64,000 bases of DNA from Myxococcota bacterium (GTDB lineage Bacteria; Myxococcota_A; UBA796; UBA2385): the NCBI GenBank assembly GCA_044344255.1, contig JBIJDH010000002.1:64001-128000 (forward strand). Reading direction: 5' to 3'. The notes under the pieces are model-generated. The model was not told where the DNA came from and did no database searches. It saw nothing but the letters and a program-made list of their open reading frames with translations. The position numbers and the translations under genes were made by a program. How positions within the stretch are numbered: position 1 is the stretch's first letter; each line of letters begins with the position of its first letter. Positions 1 through 8,757 of this stretch are shown here, piece by piece.

Positions 1-123
1 GGGACGGGCATCCCGAGCCAGCTCCTGCAGATGCTCCCCCACGTGCTCACGCTCGTCACGCTGGTGGGCTTCATCGGGCGCTCTCGCGCGCCGGCGGCGC
101 TCGGCCAGGTCGATCGGGGCTGA
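1..123 (+). CDS. 3' end of an ABC transporter permease (nucleoside/simple-sugar type), partial
   Basis: Frame 1 reads GTGIPSQLLQMLPHVLTLVTLVGFIGRSRAPAALGQVDRG*; the MLPxVLTL...APAALG tail is typical of NupQ/YufQ-like permeases. Not in the ORF track. Confidence 0.75.
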   Translation, partial: GTGIPSQLLQMLPHVLTLVTLVGFIGRSRAPAALGQVDRG

Positions 124-139
124 CCCCCCTCGGGACTCG

Positions 140-2203
140 GTGATGTTGTCGCTCGCCCCCACCGTGATCCTCGGCGCGCTGCTGCTCTTCCTGGTGCAGC
201 CGATCGTGGGGCGCGCGCTGATGCCCTGGCTCGGCGGCGCGCCTGCGGTCTGGACCACCTGCCTCGTCTTCTTCCAGCTCCTGCTGCTCGGCGGCTACGC
301 CTGGTCCTTCGCGCTCAGCCGCCTGCCGCCCCGCCGCCGCACCGCGCTGCAGGCGGGCCTCGTCGCCCTCGCGGCCCTCTCCCTCGCCCTGGCCATCCCC
401 GGCGGGGGCACGCCGCTCCTGCCCGCGCGCGCCGGGCTGGTCGCCCCCGAGGGCTCGCCGGTCGGGCCCCTGCTGCTCACGCTGCTGCGCCTCGTCGGCC
501 TGCCGTACCTCGCGCTGTCCACCACCGGGCCGCTGCTCCAGGGCCTCGCGGCGACGCGCGTACCCGAGGCGCGTGTCTATCGCCTCTACTCCGCCTCCAA
601 CCTCGGCTCCCTCGTGGCGCTGCTGCTCTATCCCGTGCTCTTCGAGCCCTGGCTGCGGCTCGCCACACAGGCCTGGCTCTGGGCGGGGGGCTTCGCGATC
701 TGGGCGGTCGGGATGGGCCTCTGCCTCACCCAGACGGCGGGCGCGGCGCTGCCCGTGGTGCCGGCGGAGGCGGAGGCGCCGCCGGGGCGCTTCGGCCGCT
801 GGGTCGCCCTCGGCGCCGCGGCCTCGGCCCTGCTCGTCGCTGTCACCGCGCAGCTCACCACCGAGGTGGCCCCGGTGCCCTTCTTGTGGGTCTTGCCGCT
901 CGGCCTCTACCTGTTGAGCTTCGTCTTCGCCTTCGCCGGCGACCGCTGGGCGCCGCGGCGCCCGCTCCAGGCGGCCTGGCTTCTGCTCCTCCCCGTCGCC
1001 CTCTGGCTCCTCTCGCGCCCGCGCGAGATCGCAGTGCCGGTGCAGATCGTCGGCTGGTCTGCGGTGGTCTTTGTCGGAGCGATGTTGGCCCACGGCGAGC
1101 TCAGCCGCAGCCGCCCCGCCGCAGGGGACCTCAGCCGCTTCTACCTCGCGCTCTCCCTCGGGGGAGCCCTGGGCGGCCTCCTCCTCGGCGTCGGCGCGCC
1201 GGCGCTCCTCCCCATCCCGGTCGACGTCGAGGTGGCGCTCGTCTCCGTCACCGCCGCACTGGCCTTGTCGCGGGCGCGGCTGGCCCCCCGGCGGGAGCTG
1301 ATCACCCTGATCGGCGCCGTGCTGCTCCTCAACCTCGCCGCCGCGGGGCGGGCCGTGAAGTGGCAGCAGGGCCTCGTCTTCGCCCGTCGGGGCTTCTATG
1401 GTGCGCTCACGGTCCTCGAGGTGGCCGGCGACCGCGAGGGGAGCGCCGCCTACCTCCTCGCGCATGGCCACACGATGCACGGCGTGCAGTTCCGCGCCTC
1501 CCCGCGGCGCGAGGTGCCGGGGAGCTACTACGCCTCCGAGACCGCGGTCGGGCAGGCCCTCACCCTCCACCCTCGCCGGGCGCGCGGGGAGCCCCTGTCC
1601 GTCGGCGTCGTCGGCCTCGGCGTGGGGGTGCTGGCGGCCTACCTCGAGCGCGGCGACACGATGCGGGCCTACGAGATCAACCCCGACGTGATCACGATCG
1701 CCCGCGACCCCTCGCTGTTCACCTTCCTCTCCTCCGCCCGCGGACCGGTCGAGGTGAGGCTCGGCGACGGGCGGGTGACGCTGCAGCAAGAGCTCGACCG
1801 GGGCGAGGCGGGGGCCTTCGACGTGCTCGTGCTCGACGCCTTCTCCGGCGACAGCATCCCCACACACCTGCTCACCGTCGAGGCCCTGCGGCTCTGGCTC
1901 GCCCACTTGCGCGACCGGGAGTCTGTCATCGCGGTCAACATCTCCAACACCGCCCTCGACCTCGCGCCGGTGGTCTTCGCGACCGCCGCCGCGCTCGACC
2001 TGCCGGCGCGCCACGTCTTCACCGCCGCCCCCGATCCCCAGGACCTCGGGCTCCGGAGCTGCCACTGGGTGCTCCTGGGGCCGAGCGACCCCGCCGCCGC
2101 CCCCCGCTCACCGGCCCTCGACGCCGGAGACCAGGGGGTGCCGCTCGCCCTGCCGCCCGCCTGGACCGACGACAGGGCGCCGCTGCTCTCTGCGCTGCGC
2201 TGA
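140..2203 (+). CDS. Multi-TM membrane protein fused to a spermidine synthase-like SAM-binding domain
   Basis: Many hydrophobic helices, then VGVVGLGVG, YEINPDV, GDGR and LVLDAFSGDSIPTHLLT motifs. Confidence 0.85.
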   Translation: MMLSLAPTVILGALLLFLVQPIVGRALMPWLGGAPAVWTTCLVFFQLLLLGGYAWSFALSRLPPRRRTALQAGLVALAALSLALAIPGGGTPLLPARAGLVAPEGSPVGPLLLTLLRLVGLPYLALSTTGPLLQGLAATRVPEARVYRLYSASNLGSLVALLLYPVLFEPWLRLATQAWLWAGGFAIWAVGMGLCLTQTAGAALPVVPAEAEAPPGRFGRWVALGAAASALLVAVTAQLTTEVAPVPFLWVLPLGLYLLSFVFAFAGDRWAPRRPLQAAWLLLLPVALWLLSRPREIAVPVQIVGWSAVVFVGAMLAHGELSRSRPAAGDLSRFYLALSLGGALGGLLLGVGAPALLPIPVDVEVALVSVTAALALSRARLAPRRELITLIGAVLLLNLAAAGRAVKWQQGLVFARRGFYGALTVLEVAGDREGSAAYLLAHGHTMHGVQFRASPRREVPGSYYASETAVGQALTLHPRRARGEPLSVGVVGLGVGVLAAYLERGDTMRAYEINPDVITIARDPSLFTFLSSARGPVEVRLGDGRVTLQQELDRGEAGAFDVLVLDAFSGDSIPTHLLTVEALRLWLAHLRDRESVIAVNISNTALDLAPVVFATAAALDLPARHVFTAAPDPQDLGLRSCHWVLLGPSDPAAAPRSPALDAGDQGVPLALPPAWTDDRAPLLSALR

Positions 2204-2501
2204 AGGGGACGACCGGAGCACCGTTCGGGGTCGGCCTGGTTCAAGCGGTTGCTCGGGTTCTGAAGTCCCCCGACAGGGTAGACACCGCTCCAAGTCGGGT
2301 GAACCAGGGACATGAACGCACACGACGAAGAGAGTCTGGTGGAGGACTGCGCCTCTGAGGAGGTATAACCTCGCTCATGGAGCGGCCCACGGCGAGGGCC
2401 TCAAGACCGGATAGGGTGGGGGAGCGCGTTGTTGCGCGGCCGCGGTGACCCCCTCGGGAGGTATGAGGGAGACATCGCGGACTTCACCTGGCGGTGGTCT
2501 G

Positions 2502-4196
2502 ATGCCCCTTTACTTCCAGAGCGTGAGCCTGTCTCGCTGCGGCGCCCTCGCGCTGCTCCTGGCTTGTACCTCGGGCTCCAAGGGAGTGGGAAGTTCCCGC
2601 AGCGGCGATGACGACACCTCCGCCGCCGAGGGCCTCGCCACCGACACGAGCATCACCGTGGGCGAGCCCGGTGTCGAGGACACCGACACGGGGCACGGCG
2701 ACGATGGGGGGCCGACCGACTCGGGACATGTCGACGACACCGGCTCGGGCTGCGCCGCCTGCACCGTCGTTGAGCTGGATGCGGGTGACTACACCACCCT
2801 GACTGCATCTTACGAACATCCTTCGATCACCGGGGGCACCTCCCTCGGCTACACCCTCGCCCTCACGAGCGACATCTGGGGCGACGGCCGGCCGGAGGTC
2901 GTGAGCAGCAGCTCGTATGTGGACGGCTACTACGGCGTCGCCACGACCTACATCTTCGACAGCGACTACTTCTCTTCGGGGCCGAAAGACGGCATCGCCA
3001 GCGACGAGGCCCGGATTCAGATCGACACCGAGAACCTCTCGGGGAACTCGATTCCGTTCGTGATCGGCGACATCGACGGAGACGGGCTCGATGAGCTGGC
3101 CCTCAGCCCTGATGGTTTGGGCTCCGAGTCGATCCTGCTCCGCGGGTCCAACGTCGCGATGCTCAGCGGGCACATCAAGCGGGAGGATCTCGTCGCAGAC
3201 ATGACCTTCACGAACTGCCCTCCCGGCTACTCTGGAGGCTTCGCGTTCGTCTACCGCTCGGGCTACCTCTCAGACCTGAGTGGTCTCAGCCCCGACCTTG
3301 TTGTGGACTGCTTCGGGACGATCGTAGTCGCTCATACGTCCGGTCTAGCTGACGGCATCGTGACAATGGCCGACGAGGGGCAGGTCCGCATCTACAACAC
3401 GGACGCCTGGGGCGGTGAGCCAGTGGTGGAGGATGACCGCCTGGGGCTACCAGAAGTGCTGGGAGATCTCGACGGCGACGGGCTCGACGAGCTCGGGATC
3501 GCAATGGGGACCACGACGGCCGCCTACAACTACGTCTTCTACGGGGGCTCGCTCGACTTCGAGAACCCCACCGCGGTGTTCGACGCCGACATCACCCTCG
3601 CCGCGCCCTCCACGATCTCGTGGGGAGACCACTACAGCTATTCCTTTACGACCAAACCGCTTGGGGACGTCGATGGGGACGGCGTCGCGGACGTACTCTG
3701 GTGCGCCGACTACGCTGAGGTCGGTGGGCGTGGAGACGTCGGCACCGCCTGGCTTTGGTCCGGGTCACGCCTCGCGTCACCAACGGTCGGGGACGTGGGG
3801 GACGCCGACGTCACCTTCACCGCGGAGATGTGGGGTGCTTCGGTTGGACAATCGGCGGCAGACGCTGGTGATGCCGACGGTGACAGCCTCAGTGATCTCC
3901 TCATCCACTCCACGGGGTATGACCCCGACGACTCGGATACGCCGAAGCCATTCGTGCACCTCGTTCGTGGAGCGGAGCTATCGGGAGGCGGTATCTACAA
4001 CCTCGAACACACTGGGTTGTCCTTCATCGGGACCGGGAGCGGACTTCCCAGGCGTGGTAGTGACACGGGCGAATATGTGGGTGGGCAAGACATAGATGGT
4101 GACGGCGTCAGCGATATCTTGATTGGAAACGGTGATTGGAGCAGAGGCGCCACTGGACGCATCTGGATGATCCCCGGCGGCACCCTCCCGCTGTGA
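2502..4196 (+). CDS. FG-GAP (integrin-alpha-like) repeat lipoprotein, copy 1
   Basis: Lipobox LLLAC, acidic DTG-rich linker, repeated GDxDGDGxDD/E Ca-binding motifs. ATG at 2502 preferred to GTG at 2445. Confidence 0.85.
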   Translation: MPLYFQSVSLSRCGALALLLACTSGSKGVGSSRSGDDDTSAAEGLATDTSITVGEPGVEDTDTGHGDDGGPTDSGHVDDTGSGCAACTVVELDAGDYTTLTASYEHPSITGGTSLGYTLALTSDIWGDGRPEVVSSSSYVDGYYGVATTYIFDSDYFSSGPKDGIASDEARIQIDTENLSGNSIPFVIGDIDGDGLDELALSPDGLGSESILLRGSNVAMLSGHIKREDLVADMTFTNCPPGYSGGFAFVYRSGYLSDLSGLSPDLVVDCFGTIVVAHTSGLADGIVTMADEGQVRIYNTDAWGGEPVVEDDRLGLPEVLGDLDGDGLDELGIAMGTTTAAYNYVFYGGSLDFENPTAVFDADITLAAPSTISWGDHYSYSFTTKPLGDVDGDGVADVLWCADYAEVGGRGDVGTAWLWSGSRLASPTVGDVGDADVTFTAEMWGASVGQSAADAGDADGDSLSDLLIHSTGYDPDDSDTPKPFVHLVRGAELSGGGIYNLEHTGLSFIGTGSGLPRRGSDTGEYVGGQDIDGDGVSDILIGNGDWSRGATGRIWMIPGGTLPL

Positions 4197-4406
4197 CGGG
4201 CTCGACGCGGTCGTCCTCCTCCGGGCCGCCTGCCCGATGACCCCCACCGGCACGCTCAGCGCGGCCTACGGCGAGGACCTCATCGTGCGCCAGGGGATGG
4301 GCGGCTCCTGACCGGATAGGGTGGGGGAGCGCATTGTTGCGCGGCCGCGGTGACCCCCTCGGGAGGTATGAGGGAGACATCGCGGACTTCACCTGGCGGT
4401 GGTCTG

Positions 4407-6101
4407 ATGCCCCTTTACTTCCAGAGCGTGAGCCTGTCTCGCTGCGGCGCCCTCGCGCTGCTCCTGGCTTGTACCTCGGGCTCCAAGGGAGTGGGAAGTT
4501 CCCGCAGCGGCGATGACGACACCTCCGCCGCCGAGGGCCTCGCCACCGACACGAGCATCACCGTGGGCGAGCCCGGTGTCGAGGACACCGACACGGGGCA
4601 CGGCGACGATGGGGGGCCGACCGACTCGGGACATGTCGACGACACCGGCTCGGGCTGCGCCGCCTGCACCGTCGTTGAGCTGGATGCGGGTGACTACACC
4701 ACCCTGACTGCATCTTACGAACATCCTTCGATCACCGGGGGCACCTCCCTCGGCTACACCCTCGCCCTCACGAGCGACATCTGGGGCGACGGCCGGCCGG
4801 AGGTCGTGAGCAGCAGCTCGTATGTGGACGGCTACTACGGCGTCGCCACGACCTACATCTTCGACAGCGACTACTTCTCTTCGGGGCCGAAAGACGGCAT
4901 CGCCAGCGACGAGGCCCGGATTCAGATCGACACCGAGAACCTCTCGGGGAACTCGATTCCGTTCGTGATCGGCGACATCGACGGAGACGGGCTCGATGAG
5001 CTGGCCCTCAGCCCTGATGGTTTGGGCTCCGAGTCGATCCTGCTCCGCGGGTCCAACGTCGCGATGCTCAGCGGGCACATCAAGCGGGAGGATCTCGTCG
5101 CAGACATGACCTTCACGAACTGCCCTCCCGGCTACTCTGGAGGCTTCGCGTTCGTCTACCGCTCGGGCTACCTCTCAGACCTGAGTGGTCTCAGCCCCGA
5201 CCTTGTTGTGGACTGCTTCGGGACGATCGTAGTCGCTCATACGTCCGGTCTAGCTGACGGCATCGTGACAATGGCCGACGAGGGGCAGGTCCGCATCTAC
5301 AACACGGACGCCTGGGGCGGTGAGCCAGTGGTGGAGGATGACCGCCTGGGGCTACCAGAAGTGCTGGGAGATCTCGACGGCGACGGGCTCGACGAGCTCG
5401 GGATCGCAATGGGGACCACGACGGCCGCCTACAACTACGTCTTCTACGGGGGCTCGCTCGACTTCGAGAACCCCACCGCGGTGTTCGACGCCGACATCAC
5501 CCTCGCCGCGCCCTCCACGATCTCGTGGGGAGACCACTACAGCTATTCCTTTACGACCAAACCGCTTGGGGACGTCGATGGGGACGGCGTCGCGGACGTA
5601 CTCTGGGGGGCGGAATACGCCGAGCTGGATGGGCAGGAGGATGTCGGCACCGCGTGGTTGTGGTCCGGTGCCCGCTTGGCCTCGCCCGGCGTCGTTGATG
5701 TCGGAGATGCTGACGTGACCTTCGTGGCGGACTTCCAGGCGGCGACCGTTGGACAGTCTGCTGCGGCTGTGGGCGATATTGATGGGGACGACCTCAGCGA
5801 CACTCTCATCCACGCTACGGGGTATGACCCAGACGACATGTACACCCAGGGTCCCTTCGTGCACCTCGTCTTCGGTGCCGAAATTGTGGGAGACGGGACC
5901 TACAACCTCGACCACGCTGGTATTTCGTTTTTGGCTGATGGGAGTGACTATCGGAAGAGTGGCTATGATCAGGGAGAATATGTTGGGGGTCGCGATGTGG
6001 ATGGAGATGGAGTTGACGACCTCCTGATCGGAAACGGCGACTGGGGCGGGGCGTACCTCGGTCGTATCTGGATGATCCCCGGCGGCACCCTCCCGCTGTG
6101 A
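4407..6101 (+). CDS. FG-GAP repeat lipoprotein, copy 2 (different C-terminal 153-codon segment)
   Basis: Same length as copy 1 and identical up to ...VADVLW, divergent afterwards, identical final IWMIPGGTLPL. Confidence 0.85.
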   Translation: MPLYFQSVSLSRCGALALLLACTSGSKGVGSSRSGDDDTSAAEGLATDTSITVGEPGVEDTDTGHGDDGGPTDSGHVDDTGSGCAACTVVELDAGDYTTLTASYEHPSITGGTSLGYTLALTSDIWGDGRPEVVSSSSYVDGYYGVATTYIFDSDYFSSGPKDGIASDEARIQIDTENLSGNSIPFVIGDIDGDGLDELALSPDGLGSESILLRGSNVAMLSGHIKREDLVADMTFTNCPPGYSGGFAFVYRSGYLSDLSGLSPDLVVDCFGTIVVAHTSGLADGIVTMADEGQVRIYNTDAWGGEPVVEDDRLGLPEVLGDLDGDGLDELGIAMGTTTAAYNYVFYGGSLDFENPTAVFDADITLAAPSTISWGDHYSYSFTTKPLGDVDGDGVADVLWGAEYAELDGQEDVGTAWLWSGARLASPGVVDVGDADVTFVADFQAATVGQSAAAVGDIDGDDLSDTLIHATGYDPDDMYTQGPFVHLVFGAEIVGDGTYNLDHAGISFLADGSDYRKSGYDQGEYVGGRDVDGDGVDDLLIGNGDWGGAYLGRIWMIPGGTLPL

Positions 6102-6115
6102 AGCGCGACGCCCCA

Positions 6116-6693
6116 TCGTGTCGAGCGCGCGCCCGCTCGCCCAGGCGCCAGAGAGGGCCTTCGATGCCTGGACCCGACGCGGAGATCGCTCCTCGGCGGG
6201 CTCCCGGGCCGTGTGGCCACCCCGAGGTCAGCCGGCGGCGCGGCGGGCCGGCGGGGGGCGGGCGGCGGCGCGGGCCTCCACCCCGGCGTAGGCGGCGTCG
6301 AAGCCGCAGGTGCAGGGGGTGAGATCGACCCGCAGCGCCTCGTAGCCCCGCCGCGACCAGGGTCGGGCAGGTGGGCCGGGCAGCTCGGGTGGTGCTGAAT
6401 GTAGGCCTCGAGCCGCAGCAGGCGGTCCCAGTCTTCGAGCAGGCCGAGGAGCTGCCGGCGGGTGATCCGCCCCTGGCCGGCGGGCCGGCTCAGCTCCTCG
6501 CGCAGCCGGCTCACGAAGGCGAGGTTCTGCGGGCTCGGCGGGGGCCTTTCAAGGGGCACCGAGCGGAGCGGGCGGAGGCGGGCGCTGGCGTGCAGGGGGA
6601 TCGGAGGGCATACCCTCCTGAACCTGAGCGGATGACAGGTGTACAGCGACAGAGTGCGGACCTCGACCGCCGACCGACGCCTCGATCAGGCCC
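6116..6693 (-). pseudogene. Degenerate, internally deleted copy of about 6988-7869 (antitoxin 3' part plus the 162-aa hypothetical gene)
   Basis: 6226-6546 is nearly identical to 7296-7617 (a 1-nt indel frameshifts it). Flanks match 6988-7095 and about 7727-7869 with many errors. Two deletions of roughly 200 and 110 bp. Confidence 0.85.
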
Positions 6694-6939
6694 GCAGCCA
6701 GCCTCCCCGAAGAGCCGCGCGCTCGCGAGGTCGGGAGTGAGCACCGGGAGGGTGTGGAGGAACCGGACGACCAGGGCCGCGTTTGCCTCGGGCTTTGTCG
6801 ACTTCGCCGCGCCATAGAACAGCTCCGATGCGGTGACCCACGTCGTGGTGAGCTCGTCGAGCTCACGCGCGCTTCGCTCCAAGACCTCGGTGTGCCCCCG
6901 GAGGATCCCGATGCAGGTGTCCGAGTCGAGCACCTTCAC
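6694..6939 (-). pseudogene. vapC: Truncated PIN-domain toxin
   Basis: GTG start overlaps the antitoxin stop (GTGA). VKVLDSDTCIGILRG...TASELFYGAAKS...ARLFGEA is a PIN N-half; the C-terminal DxxIAA/LVTxN motifs are replaced by duplicated sequence. Confidence 0.85.
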
Positions 6940-7205
6940 AGGTCGATGTCTCGGCCGGCTGTACGCGCGGCGTAAAGGCTTGCCACTTCGTCGTCGAACG
7001 CGCGTTCGCTCACCCAGGCGCCCGAGAGGGCCTTCCAGGCCTGGACCCGACGCTGCGCTCGCTCCTCGGCGGACTCCCGGGCCGTGAGGCCCCCCTCGAT
7101 GAGGACCAGGGTCTCCTGGTTCAGGCTTCGGCGCTCGCGCGCCGCCACGGTGCGGAGCCGGTTGAGCAGCTCCTCCGGGACGTCCTTCAGGGTGAGCGAC
7201 GCCAT
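6936..7205 (-). CDS. Ribbon-helix-helix (Arc/FitA-like) antitoxin
   Basis: MASLTLKDVPEELLNRLRTVAARERRSLNQE; GGAGG SD; coupled to the PIN gene. Confidence 0.85.
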   Translation of the reverse strand: MASLTLKDVPEELLNRLRTVAARERRSLNQETLVLIEGGLTARESAEERAQRRVQAWKALSGAWVSERAFDDEVASLYAARTAGRDIDL

Positions 7206-7206
7206 G

Positions 7207-7251
7207 TGCACCTCCGTGGTTCCATTGTGGTGCGGTAGTGGAGGAAGTCAA
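7207..7251 (-). promoter_or_regulatory. Putative sigma70 promoter/operator of the TA operon
   Basis: Minus strand TTGACT-16-CACAAT; a GCACC...GGTGC inverted pair brackets the -10 and SD region. Confidence 0.4.
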
Positions 7252-7297
7252 CCCAGACGTCGGCATCGTCCACTCGAAGTCCATTTGCGGCGCGGGG

Positions 7298-7786
7298 TCA
7301 GCCGGCGGCGCGGCGGGCCGGCGGGGGGCGGGCGGCGGCGCGGGCCTCCACCCCGGCGTAGGCGGCGTCGAAGCCGCAGGTGCAGGGGGTGAGATCGACC
7401 CGCAGCGCCTCGTAGCCCCGCCGCGACCAGGGATCGGGCAGGTGGGCCGGGCAGCTCGGGTGGTGCTGAATGTAGGCCTCGAGCCGCAGCAGGCGGTCCC
7501 AGTCTTCGAGCAGGCCGAGGAGCTGCCGGCGGGTGATCCGCCCCTGGCCTGCGGGCCGGCTCAGCTCCTCGCGCAGCCGGCTCACGAAGGCGAGGTTCTG
7601 CGGGCTCGGCGGGGGCCCGCAGCTCTGCTCACCGGTCTGGTGGCGCAGCGCCTCGCGGAAGCGCTCGACGCGGTCGATCTCGTCGAGGAGGGCCTGGAGG
7701 TCTTCCCCGTCGAAGCGGACCCGGCCGAGGGGCACCGAGAGGAGCTGGCGGAGGCGGGCGCTGGCGTGCAGGGGATCGGAGGGCAT
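7298..7786 (-). CDS. Hypothetical protein with possible Zn-binding HxxxC...CxCG motif
   Basis: AGGAGGG SD before ATG; QHHPSCPAH...TPCTCGFD. Confidence 0.65.
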   Translation of the reverse strand: MPSDPLHASARLRQLLSVPLGRVRFDGEDLQALLDEIDRVERFREALRHQTGEQSCGPPPSPQNLAFVSRLREELSRPAGQGRITRRQLLGLLEDWDRLLRLEAYIQHHPSCPAHLPDPWSRRGYEALRVDLTPCTCGFDAAYAGVEARAAARPPPARRAAG

Positions 7787-7861
7787 ACCCTCCTGATACT
7801 GAATGGATGAGCAGGTGTCCAGCGCCCGTGTGCGGTCCTCGGCCGCCGGCCGGCGCCGCGA

Positions 7862-8623
7862 TCAGGCCCCGTGGCGCCCCTGGCCGGCCGCGAAGCGCCC
7901 CGCGCCCTCGGCGACGTCGGCGGTGAGGGCCGCCATGCCGTGGCGGAGCTCGTTCTGGATCGCCTCGGAGAAGGAGAGGTCTGCGCTCTCGTAGGCGCTG
8001 AGCCGATCGCCGCGGAGGGCCGCTTGGGGGAGGGCGGCGAGGGCCCGGGCCAGGGTGAGGGCGGCCTCGAGGGCCTGGCCGTCGGGGACGACGCGGTGGA
8101 CGAGCCCGATGGCCAGGGCCTCCTCGGCCCGGACGGGGCGGCCGGTGAGGATGAGGTCGAGGGCGCGGGAGAGGCCGATCAGGCGGGGGAGGCGGATCGT
8201 GCCACCGTCGATGAGGGGCACGCCGAAGCGCCGGCAGAAGACCCCGAGCACCGCGCTCTGCTCGGCGACGCGCAGATCGCACCAGAGGGCGAGCTCGAGG
8301 CCGCCGGCGACGGCGTGGCCGGCGATGGCGGCGATGACGGGCTTGCCGAGGACCATGCGGGTGGGGCCGAGCGGCCCGTCTCCGTCGGGCTCGACGCGGT
8401 TGAAGGTGCCCGCGTGGATGGCCTGGAGGTCAGCCCCGGCGGAGAAGGCGCCGCCCTCGCCCCACAGGACGGCGACGGCGGCCTCGGGATCGGCGTCGAA
8501 GGCGCGGGCGGCCTCGGCCAGCGCACCCGCGGTGTCGCGGTCGATGGCGTTTCGCCGCTCGGGGCGAGACAGGGTGATCACGGTGACGGGGCCTTGTTTC
8601 TCGACTCGAACGGCGCTCGGCAT
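7862..8623 (-). CDS. Enoyl-CoA hydratase/isomerase (crotonase) family protein
   Basis: FSAGADL, KPVIAAIAGHAVAGGLELALWCDLRVA. Confidence 0.95.
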   Translation of the reverse strand: MPSAVRVEKQGPVTVITLSRPERRNAIDRDTAGALAEAARAFDADPEAAVAVLWGEGGAFSAGADLQAIHAGTFNRVEPDGDGPLGPTRMVLGKPVIAAIAGHAVAGGLELALWCDLRVAEQSAVLGVFCRRFGVPLIDGGTIRLPRLIGLSRALDLILTGRPVRAEEALAIGLVHRVVPDGQALEAALTLARALAALPQAALRGDRLSAYESADLSFSEAIQNELRHGMAALTADVAEGAGRFAAGQGRHGA

Positions 8624-8757
8624 CGTCGGCTCCTTGCCCGAGGGGCGGGGGACGCACAGGGCCGGTGCTTATCGTGGGTGCGGTGGGAGGAGCGGGGGGA
8701 TCGGAGCCGAGGCCAGGCAGAGGCGGCGTGCTAAGCCTCGGAGACGGGGGTGGGTGC

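Larger units (their letters stand above)
2405..6101 (+). repeat. Tandem direct duplication with 1905-bp period (2405-4196 vs 4310-6101)
   Basis: 2405-3701 matches 4310-5606 (one mismatch seen, 2428 g / 4333 a); 4161-4196 matches 6066-6101; offset is constant at 1905. Confidence 0.95.

Noticed and set aside
71..2065. Long antisense ORFs (also 31961-34063, 13206-14837, 62464-63993 and others)
   Set aside because: Shadows of well-supported genes on the opposite strand; 62464-63993 mirrors the M16 peptidase
3702..6065. Diversity-generating retroelement (TR/VR pair) as the cause of the variable C-terminus
   Set aside because: Differences involve all four bases (e.g. TGC/GGG, GCC/GCG), not only adenines, and no reverse transcriptase is in the window
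6511..7284. 257-aa ORF taken as a full gene
   Set aside because: Only 6694-6939 is PIN-like; the rest is off-frame antitoxin sequence and read-through into the degenerate duplicate
2204..7900. Transposon or IS as driver of the duplications
   Set aside because: No transposase or recombinase ORF, terminal inverted repeats or target-site duplication recognised
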